DNA of 63,786 bases, the filler included, from Candidatus Woesearchaeota archaeon (GTDB lineage: Archaea > Nanobdellota > Nanobdellia > SCGC-AAA011-G17 > CAYFGV01), in assembly GCA_964342845.1 (NCBI GenBank). It is 3 parts of 3 records of this genome, joined end to end, with 100 filler letters (N's around TTAATTAATTAA, not from the genome) between each part and the next. Parts side by side here need not be neighbours in the genome. Positions count along the whole stretch, not along the records: positions 53,209 to 63,786 come from CAYFGV010000020.1; 2 more parts are not named here. One strand, 5' to 3'. A program made the translations under genes and the position numbers. Below are positions 56,767 to 63,786 of this stretch, one piece after another (position 1 is the first letter of the stretch; each line of letters begins with the position of its first letter). The notes under the pieces were generated by a model. The model was not told the origin of the DNA. It was given only the letters and a program-made list of their open reading frames with translations, and searched no databases.

Positions 56767-57089
56767 TTAAACCGTCTAAGGTTGTTTTTATTTCAGATGA
56801 ACTTGAGAAAAATTTTAATAAACTTGCTGAAAACGATCCTATTTGAAAAGGTATAGTAAGAGCGATACAAGACTTAAAGGAAAATGCTTTTTATGGTATT
56901 CAAATTCCAAAGAGGTTGTTCCCTACTGAATATGTAAAAAAATATGACATAAACAACCTATGGAAATATGATTTGCCTAAAGGGTGGAGATTACTTTATA
57001 CAGTAACACCTAAAAATGAAGTAGAATTAATATCTGCAATTCTTGAATGGTTTAATCATAAAAATTATGAAAGAAAATTCAAATATTAA
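56763..57089 (+). pseudogene. RelE/ParE-like toxin with in-frame TGA at codon 28 (56844-56846)
   Basis: MIKPSKVVF..ENDPI*KGIVRAIQDLKENAFYGIQIPK..NLWKYDLPKGWRLLYTV..LEWFNHKNYERKFKY. Absent from the ORF track. Confidence 0.85.
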
Positions 57090-57110
57090 ATTTTTTGTAA
57101 GAAAAGAGTT

Positions 57111-57132
57111 AGTAAATTGTTTTCTGGTGTTT
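57111..57132. repeat. Direct repeat copy 2 closing the TA cassette
   Basis: Matches 56414-56435 and is also preceded by AAGAGTT, as in the lysS 3' end. Confidence 0.9.
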
Positions 57133-57244
57133 AGTTTTTACTTTAGGATGGTGTTTTGGATAACCAAAGATTTATATATTAGTAAATTGTGTTGAATTCT
57201 AAGGTTTACGAGCCTTAAATCAATAATATGGAGGTACTTAAAAA

Positions 57245-57406
57245 ATGTTAGTTGTTAAAGCAAAAATAAAAGACGCGGCAAAAGGAATGAATGTTGCTAG
57301 TGATTTTGCAGATGGTTTAAATGCTGAAGTTGAAGAAATGGTTAAAAGAGCTTGTGAAAGAGCAGAAGCTAATGGAAGAAAAACTGTTCAGTCTAGAGAT
57401 CTGTAA
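57245..57406 (+). CDS. Archaeal histone, short alpha3-truncated (face-to-face/DUF1931-like) type, 53 aa
   Basis: MLVVKAKIKDAAKGMNVASDFADGLNAEVEEMVKRACERAEANGRKTVQSRDL with RxTxxxxD. SD GGAGGT at 57230-57235 and a T-rich terminator after. Missed by the ORF track. Confidence 0.9.
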   Translation: MLVVKAKIKDAAKGMNVASDFADGLNAEVEEMVKRACERAEANGRKTVQSRDL

Positions 57407-57450
57407 ATAATTTCTTTTTTTATTTTTTTAAAGTTTATTTTTTAGTTGTA

Positions 57451-57486
57451 TGGGCACAAAACGAAAGGTATTTAAATATGTGCCCA
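57451..57486. promoter_or_regulatory. Inverted repeat TGGGCACA-N20-TGTGCCCA bracketing the BRE/TATA of the fic gene
   Basis: The spacer contains GAAAGGTATTTAAATA. Confidence 0.75.
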
Positions 57487-57498
57487 CATAAATTTATT

Positions 57499-58404
57499 AT
57501 GGTATATCACGAAATAAGGAGAAGAAATGGGAAAATTTATAATTATATAGTTAGAAATATAAGAGTTAAAGATAAATGGGAGAAAGAGAGTAAGTTTGTT
57601 GGTAAAGGAAAAATGAGCAAGGAAGAGGTTGTAAAGGCTATAGAAGATTTTAAAGCAGAGGGTTGTAAGTATTTAGCTAAAAGTATTTATTTTTTAATAG
57701 AAGATATTAAGGAGAAGTTTAAAAATTATTTAAAGAAAGGAGGGAAGTCAGGTAGAGATAAGTTTAATGAGTGGTATTTTACAGAATTAACTTATAATAG
57801 TAATGCAATAGAAGGGAATTCTTTGAGTTTAATGGATACTGCAAGGATTTTGAATGAGGGTTTGATTCCTAAGGAGTCTAGTTTAAGAGAGGTTTACGAG
57901 GTTAAGAATCATAAGAAGGCGATAGAATTTATGGAGAGTTATGAAGGAGATTTTAATGAGAGGTTTGTGTTGAGGTTACATTCTTTTATTTTAAAAGGTA
58001 TAGATGATGATAATGCTGGAAAGTATAGAGAAATACAGGTTTTTATTGGAGGAGAAGATGTTAAATTTCCTAATTTTAAGGAAGTTCCTAAGTTAATAGA
58101 GGAGATGTTTAAATGGTATAAAGAAAATAAGAAAGTTTTACATGCTTTTGAACTGGCTGCTTTGGTTTCAATGAAGTTTGTTAGCATTCATCCGTTTGTG
58201 GATGGGAATGGAAGAGTTTCTAGGTTGATAATGAATTTTATTTTGAAAAAATTTGGATATCCTGAGATAAATGTATATTTTAAGCATAGAGATAATTATT
58301 TGAGGGCTGTTAGAAAGGCTAATGATGAGGACTATTTGTTGATTGTTGATTTTTTGGTTAAGAGTTTGAAGTTGAATTATAAGTTTTTAGAGGAAAAAGA
58401 TTAA
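57499..58404 (+). CDS. Fic family protein
   Basis: TYNSNAIEGN inhibitory motif, HPFVDGNGRVSR. Start moved to ATG 57499 on promoter spacing. Confidence 0.94.
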   Translation: MVYHEIRRRNGKIYNYIVRNIRVKDKWEKESKFVGKGKMSKEEVVKAIEDFKAEGCKYLAKSIYFLIEDIKEKFKNYLKKGGKSGRDKFNEWYFTELTYNSNAIEGNSLSLMDTARILNEGLIPKESSLREVYEVKNHKKAIEFMESYEGDFNERFVLRLHSFILKGIDDDNAGKYREIQVFIGGEDVKFPNFKEVPKLIEEMFKWYKENKKVLHAFELAALVSMKFVSIHPFVDGNGRVSRLIMNFILKKFGYPEINVYFKHRDNYLRAVRKANDEDYLLIVDFLVKSLKLNYKFLEEKD

Positions 58405-58429
58405 AAAGGGGAATGTTTTATTTTTTAAT

Positions 58430-58825
58430 ATGAGTTCGAAAAAAAAGGGGACAAGGTTAGAAAGAGAATTGTTTCATTTATTTTGGGAGAATTCTTGGGT
58501 TGGTTTGCGAACAGCTGGTAGCGGCTCTACAACCTTGCCTGCGCCTGATTTGTTAGCTAGTAATGGTTCTAGGGTGCTAGCTATTGAATGTAAAGCTGGA
58601 AAGGCTGAAATTAGAAGATATTTGAGAGAGGAACAAATTAATGAGTTAAAAGAGTTTTCTTCTAAGTTTGGAGCTGAAGCTTGGATTGGTGCTAGGTTTA
58701 ATGGTGTTAAATGGTTGTTTTTGAAATTAGAAGATTTAGGAGTGAGTAAGAAAGGTACTTATTATCTTGATTTAGAGTTGGCGAGGGAAAAAGGTATTGG
58801 TTTTGAAGAATTAGTTAAGAAATGA
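58430..58825 (+). CDS. hjc: Holliday junction resolvase Hjc
   Basis: KGTRLEREL, RTAGSG, PDLLA, IECK. Confidence 0.95.
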   Translation: MSSKKKGTRLERELFHLFWENSWVGLRTAGSGSTTLPAPDLLASNGSRVLAIECKAGKAEIRRYLREEQINELKEFSSKFGAEAWIGARFNGVKWLFLKLEDLGVSKKGTYYLDLELAREKGIGFEELVKK

Positions 58826-58845
58826 TAAAGTTTGTTTTTTAAGTA

Positions 58846-59484
58846 TTAAAGTATGCCTGATAAAATATTTGTTATTCCATTTATTATGAATTGGACTCCA
58901 ATTACTAAGACTATTAAACCCATTACTTTGTTTATTACTTGTTGTCCTGTTTCTTTTAGGTATTTAGAAATTATATTTGAGTTTGCTAAGATAATGTATG
59001 TTAGTAAACAAACTGCTATAATAGCTGCAATTAGGCTTATTGTATCTAAGTTTGATGTTGATTCTCCTGCTAGAACTATTGCAGCAGTCATTGCTCCTGG
59101 GCCTGACATCATGGGGATTGCTAATGGAACGATAGAAATATCTTCTTTTTCCATTGCTTGTTTTTTGTGTTTTGGAGAGTGAAAGTGTTCTCTTTTCGAA
59201 TGTATCATTTTAATGCCAACGCCTGCTACTAAAAGTCCTGCAGCAATTTTAAATGCGTCTAAGCTAATATTGAAGAAGTCTAAGATTAAAGTACCTCCAA
59301 AGGCGAAAACTACTAAGATTAATGCTGCTGCTAGGCAAGCTGTTTTTGCCATTGCAGTTTTTTCTTTTTTTGAATCTCCTTTTGTGATTGTTAAGAAGAC
59401 AGATGCTGTGCTGAAAGGATTTATGATTGTGAATAGAGAAGTGAATGCTATTACAAAGAATGTTTGTGTGGTTGCTATGTCCAT
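58846..59484 (-). CDS. MarC family membrane protein
   Basis: LFTIINPF, AFKIAAGLL, IVPLAIPMMSGPG, KVMGLI. Confidence 0.93.
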   Translation of the reverse strand: MDIATTQTFFVIAFTSLFTIINPFSTASVFLTITKGDSKKEKTAMAKTACLAAALILVVFAFGGTLILDFFNISLDAFKIAAGLLVAGVGIKMIHSKREHFHSPKHKKQAMEKEDISIVPLAIPMMSGPGAMTAAIVLAGESTSNLDTISLIAAIIAVCLLTYIILANSNIISKYLKETGQQVINKVMGLIVLVIGVQFIINGITNILSGIL

Positions 59485-59556
59485 TTACTTATTTTATTTT
59501 TTTGGGTTTTTAAGGTTTTTGGAAATGTTTAAATAAGTTAGAGTCTTATAAGTCTT

Positions 59557-61410
59557 ATGTTGAAGGTGATAAATTTGTTTGTTTTTTTGATTTTGTTTAG
59601 TTTATTTGTTAATGGTTTAGAGATTTCAGAGATTATGTATGACTTTGAAGGAAGTGATAATAATCAAGAATATGTTGAGCTTATTGATGTAGTTGATCTG
59701 ACTAACTATACTTTGGAAGACTTGACAGATAGTGATGAGTTAGATTTATTGCAGGATAAGGGAACTAGTATGGCTTTAATTGTTGAGGAAGGTTTTGATT
59801 TAAGTGGGATTGATGTTACTGTTTATACTACTGGTGCTACAATTGGAAATAATTTGAATAATGAAGGAGATTTAATTATTTTAAAGAATTCTGAAGGTGT
59901 AATTGTTGAAGCTGTTAGTTATGATGACGATATGGGTGCAGATGGAAACGGTATGAGTTTGTGTAGGTTGGATGATATGATATTAAGAGAATGTATTCCA
60001 ACACCTGGAAAGGATAATGAAGAAGAGAATGTTGTTTATGATTATACTGGATTAAGAATAAATGAGTTTTTAGCTAATCCTTTGGGAAATGAGAGTGAGT
60101 GGGTTGAATTATATTATGATGGTGAAGAGGTTTTGGATTTAAATGGTTTAGTTTTAGAAGATTTGGAAAAACATCAGGTAGTTATTAGTAATACGAATGT
60201 TGAGAGCGGAAATACTATTATTGAAACAGGTGACTATCTGGTTGTTAATTTTGATATTACTTTTTTAAATGATGGTGATTTTGAGGAAATTTATTTGAAA
60301 GATGGTGAAAATGTTATAGATTCTGTTAGTTATTCAACTAGTACTAAAGACTTGTCTTGGAGTTATTATTACTTAGGATGGTTTGAGGATTGGGCAACTA
60401 AAGGGGAAGAGAATGTTTTTGAGGAAGAGGTTGAGTATGATTATAGTGTTTTGGAGATAACAGAGTTTATGGCTAATCCTAGTGGAGATGATGATGCTGA
60501 AATGCCTGGTGGAGAGTGGATAGAATTATATAATTCTGGAAATGAGAGCATAGATGTCACTGGATTGGTTTTAAAGGATTCATCAGGGCACAGGATTTAT
60601 ATTAGTGATATGAACGTTGAAGATGTTTTTGTTGATGGTGGCGAGTATATAATTATTTATATGAATGGCTTTTATGGTTTTTTGAATAATGATGAGTTAG
60701 AGATGATTACTTTAATGGACGGGGGAGATGTGGTTGATGAGGTTAGTTATGGTTTTAGTTCTGAAGCTGTTTCTTGGAGTAAGTCTTCTGATGGTTGGAT
60801 TCAGAGCATGGCTAGTAAGGGTGGAGAGAATGTTTATGATGAAGAAAGCCTTGAGACTGTTTTAGATATTAAAGAGGTTTATGTTGGAAGTGATGAAAAA
60901 ACTAAGTTTGGGGAGTATGTTAGGATTAAAGTGGAAATTTTTAAAGGAGATACAGATAAGTATAATGTTGAGGCCTATATTCTTGATGGTGATGAACAGA
61001 TAAGCAAGACTTCTAAGATAAGTGTTTATTCTAAATTTATTAATTATTCTTTGGTTATTCCTGTTAATATGCCTGATAATTGTGATGGTTTGTTAGAAGA
61101 TGGTTTTTATACAGTTGTTGTTGAAGGTTTGGGTGAAATGGATGAAGAGATAATTGATATAGAAGGAATTGATGATGATAGTTGTACTGAGGTTTCTGAG
61201 GAGTGTGAAGCGGTTGAATGTGGGGAAAGTGTTAGTTATTATGAAGAAAGTTATGGTTTAGAAAGTAATATAAATGAGGAGGAGATTCCTTTGACTAGCT
61301 TGACTATATTTGAGTCAGTTGGTGAAAAAAGTACAGATGTTGGCAAGTATATGTTTATTGTGTTGCTGATATTTTTATTGGTAGTGAAAATAAAATGGTT
61401 GAAAAAATAA
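59557..61410 (+). CDS. Surface protein with three lamin-tail (LTD) domains and C-terminal TM
   Basis: Three units of I[SNT]E[IF]..[DN]...E[YW][VI]EL..LN[ND]. Confidence 0.88.
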   Translation: MLKVINLFVFLILFSLFVNGLEISEIMYDFEGSDNNQEYVELIDVVDLTNYTLEDLTDSDELDLLQDKGTSMALIVEEGFDLSGIDVTVYTTGATIGNNLNNEGDLIILKNSEGVIVEAVSYDDDMGADGNGMSLCRLDDMILRECIPTPGKDNEEENVVYDYTGLRINEFLANPLGNESEWVELYYDGEEVLDLNGLVLEDLEKHQVVISNTNVESGNTIIETGDYLVVNFDITFLNDGDFEEIYLKDGENVIDSVSYSTSTKDLSWSYYYLGWFEDWATKGEENVFEEEVEYDYSVLEITEFMANPSGDDDAEMPGGEWIELYNSGNESIDVTGLVLKDSSGHRIYISDMNVEDVFVDGGEYIIIYMNGFYGFLNNDELEMITLMDGGDVVDEVSYGFSSEAVSWSKSSDGWIQSMASKGGENVYDEESLETVLDIKEVYVGSDEKTKFGEYVRIKVEIFKGDTDKYNVEAYILDGDEQISKTSKISVYSKFINYSLVIPVNMPDNCDGLLEDGFYTVVVEGLGEMDEEIIDIEGIDDDSCTEVSEECEAVECGESVSYYEESYGLESNINEEEIPLTSLTIFESVGEKSTDVGKYMFIVLLIFLLVVKIKWLKK

Positions 61411-61790
61411 AGATAAGGACTATGATTGAAGTAGCAGGTTATCCTAAGGAGCATGTTGAGAAAGTTATAGCTAAATTAGGAGATGGTTTAAAGAAAAAGT
61501 TTAATGTAAAAGATATGGATATTGCTAAAGTTAAAGAAAAGAATAAGATGTGGACTACTTTTATAGATGCTGAGATTGATTTTAAGGAATGGAGGGAGTT
61601 GATTGGATTTAGTATAAATTTTATGCCTACTTCTATTGAAGTTATTGAGCCTGAAGAGGTTAAGATGGATTGTGCTGAAATGCAGGGATTTTTGAATGAT
61701 GTTTTATTAAATTTACATAAGTTTAATATGCAAATTAATAATTTGGTTTTACAGAATAAAAAATTAGGTTTGGAATTGAAGAAGGCTGGG
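61395..61790 (+). CDS. Conserved hypothetical archaeal protein (3' end in gap)
   Basis: MIEVAGYPKEHVE..FMPTSIEVIEP. Confidence 0.8.
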
Positions 61791-61890
61791 NNNNNNNNNN
61801 NNNNNNNNNNNNNNNNNNNNNNNNNNNNNNNNNNNNNNNNNNNNNNNNNNNNNNNNNNNNNNNNNNNNNNNNNNNNNNNNNNNNNNNNNN
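61791..61890. other. Assembly gap (100 N)
   Basis: Run of N with no linker. Confidence 0.97.
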
Positions 61891-61892
61891 AT

Positions 61893-63164
61893 TTATTTTC
61901 CTTTTAAACCTTTGATGAAATCTGCGAATTCTTCTGGTTTTTTCTTTTTGAAATAGTAGATTAGTATTATTGATGTGATTAGGAAAACTATGAAAATGAA
62001 GGCCAACCATATAAGCCAAGTGTAATTTGTTTGTTCTTCTTCAACATAAGTGTAGTTTGTTTCTGTATCTGATATGTTATCTTGAATTACTGGTGTTTCT
62101 GGCGGTTCTTCTATTTCTTGTTCTTCTAATATTGCTATTTCCACAGGTAGAGTTAAAAGAGTAATATTTTCTTGTAAAATTGAGATGTTTCCTGAATATA
62201 TTTTTGCTTCAAAATTTTCTGGCTGTTCTTCTGGAAAGTAGTTTATTACTAGGTTTTTGCTAATTTCTCCTAAAGGTTCTAGAGAAAAAGTTGTTAAATC
62301 ATAAGATAAAATATCTTCTAGTTCTGGTGATATTGTTATAGTTAAATTTACTATTGTTGTGTTTTGATTATTTTTTATGTAAAGGATTGGATCTATGAAC
62401 TCATTATAATCTAGTGTTTTTGTTATTTCTGAAACTGGGTTTTTTAAATAATCTAAAAAAGAAATAGAAATTTCTGTTGTGTTTGTAGTATTTTGTTCTG
62501 TTTGGTTTATGATTTCATCTACTTCTGGTAACCAAAAAGGAATTTCGTAAGATGAATTTTCATATGTTAAAGTTACTGTGTCTTTTTCTATGTTTGTTGA
62601 AGAAGAAATAGAGATTGTAAATGTTTGTTTTGTGTTTGGTGCTAATGTTATTTGTTCTGTTGAAGGTAATAAAAACTCTGTTGGTGTTATGTTGATATTT
62701 AAATCAGTTGTATGTTGATTTGATAGTTCAAAAGTAAATGCACTGTATGCTGTTATTTCTGAAACTTGTATTGCTGCTGGGTTTATTGACAATGCTGGGT
62801 TTTTGTTGTTTATTTCTAAAGGAAAGGAGAAGTCTTCTTGTTTTAAAACATCATCTTCTAAATAGGTTATGTCTTCTAGTTTTATTAAATAATTGCCTGA
62901 TTCTATGTCTGTTGGGAGCTGGAAATATATGAAATGATTATCTGAGGATAGTTTGATTAAAGATAAAGATGTTGAAATTTTTGTGTTATCTAGGTAGAGG
63001 CCATAGTTATTTGCAGATGGTTGTTGGTATAAATCTATGCTGTAGATAATTTCTGCTTGTGCTGTTTCTCCTGGAGAATAAGAAGGTTTGTAAGTTGTTA
63101 AATCTATTTGTGCATATGCTACTGGTAAGATCAATAAGAATATAATTAATATTGCTTTTTTCAT
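61893..63164 (-). CDS. Secreted/membrane-anchored Ig-like surface protein
   Basis: Signal peptide (VAYA), beta-rich body, C-terminal TM followed by KKKK. Confidence 0.85.
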   Translation of the reverse strand: MKKAILIIFLLILPVAYAQIDLTTYKPSYSPGETAQAEIIYSIDLYQQPSANNYGLYLDNTKISTSLSLIKLSSDNHFIYFQLPTDIESGNYLIKLEDITYLEDDVLKQEDFSFPLEINNKNPALSINPAAIQVSEITAYSAFTFELSNQHTTDLNINITPTEFLLPSTEQITLAPNTKQTFTISISSSTNIEKDTVTLTYENSSYEIPFWLPEVDEIINQTEQNTTNTTEISISFLDYLKNPVSEITKTLDYNEFIDPILYIKNNQNTTIVNLTITISPELEDILSYDLTTFSLEPLGEISKNLVINYFPEEQPENFEAKIYSGNISILQENITLLTLPVEIAILEEQEIEEPPETPVIQDNISDTETNYTYVEEEQTNYTWLIWLAFIFIVFLITSIILIYYFKKKKPEEFADFIKGLKGK

Positions 63165-63786
63165 TTCCTTCCTAGGATTTCTTTTGCTTTTTTTATTGAT
63201 TCGTCTAATGCTCTTTCTCTTTCTGAGTATTCTGGTTCTCTTGGTTTTTGTTGTTGAACTGGTTGTTGTGCTTTTGGAGCCATCATTTGCTGTTGTTTAA
63301 GGAATTCGTCAAATGAAGTTCCTTTCTTTTTCTTGGAAGGTAATTTTAAGAGTCCTTTTTTGTATAATAAGAATATTCCTACCCCTACAAGCAAGATGAT
63401 TGCTATTATGAAAATCCAAAACCATATTTTTGATTCTTCTTCTTGTTTTTCACAATCTCCGTTTTCACAGGCGTATCCTGTTGGGCAGTCTTCGTCTTCT
63501 ATACAGTAAGATGGTAAGGATACACTTACACAGAATCCACTATCACAAGAGTATCCGGAAGGGCAGTCTGCATCAACTAAGCAAGATAAGTCAGTGGTTG
63601 GTTCATCTTCACAAAGGAAGTGGTCGTAACAATCAGGATCAAAACAATCTATGAATCCATCGTTGTCTTCATCTATATTGCCTGAGCAGAGTTCTTGAGT
63701 TGTTTCACCATCTTCTGGAGGAATTGTTGTACAAAGGCAGTCTGTACATTCTCCTGGACATGCTGTATCATCTGTTGATTCACATT
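63161..63786 (-). CDS. C-terminal part of a Cys-rich surface protein (starts beyond window)
   Basis: The frame is open to the window end: CSGNIDEDNDGFIDCFDPDC..CLVDADCPSGYSC..CIEDEDCPTGYAC..TM. The 77-aa track ORF is only its tail. Confidence 0.85.
   Translation of the reverse strand, partial: CESTDDTACPGECTDCLCTTIPPEDGETTQELCSGNIDEDNDGFIDCFDPDCYDHFLCEDEPTTDLSCLVDADCPSGYSCDSGFCVSVSLPSYCIEDEDCPTGYACENGDCEKQEEESKIWFWIFIIAIILLVGVGIFLLYKKGLLKLPSKKKKGTSFDEFLKQQQMMAPKAQQPVQQQKPREPEYSERERALDESIKKAKEILGRK

Noticed and set aside
42866..56846. Genome-wide stop-codon reassignment (TAG or TGA), suggested by two in-frame stops
   Set aside because: Conserved genes end at TAG (ftsZ, kae1, tfb) and TGA (aspS, lsm, hjc) at the expected positions, and no long housekeeping gene has an internal stop.
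61735..62019. ORFs spanning the N gap (61735-62019 and the tail of 61395-61907)
   Set aside because: Artefacts of translating through Ns.
1..63786. CRISPR array, transposase, integrase or provirus
   Set aside because: No regularly spaced repeats and no recognisable cas, transposase, integrase or capsid genes were seen.

Overview
AT-rich archaeal chromosome segment from a DPANN lineage, most likely Woesearchaeota/Pacearchaeota-like. This is inferred from TFB, Spt5, aIF5A, Kae1, Hjc, an alpha3/face-to-face histone, an archaeal 16S 5' end, intron-containing tRNAs and a mix of bacterial-type aaRS genes. The window is a scaffold of at least 4 pieces, with N gaps at 28525-28624 and 53109-53208 (both with an artificial TTAATTAATTAA linker) and at 61791-61890. 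Content is mostly housekeeping (5 aaRS genes, ligase, ftsZ/minD, secE-spt5, r-proteins, 6 tRNAs) plus many acidic surface proteins. Missed by the ORF track: alaS (partial), rpl40e, rpl37e, eS32/aL41, a histone, a 48-aa Zn-finger, a RelE-like toxin with an internal TGA, rpoP (partial) and all RNA genes. Main observations: (1) three accessory cassettes, each bounded by a 17-22 bp direct repeat that duplicates the 3' end of a host gene, with no integrase nearby; (2) a recurrent juxtamembrane [ILVF]T[GS][FYH] motif in six surface proteins, a possible undescribed sorting or processing signal; (3) a two-intron tRNA-Ile(UAU) and a two-intron tRNA-Leu; (4) a strand-bias reversal between about 26.0 and 51.9 kb whose two edges share GTTGGGTTTA; (5) a secreted GNPGGGG-repeat peptide next to an Lrp-like regulator; (6) three single-lesion disrupted genes. 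No databases were searched; family calls come from motif recognition.
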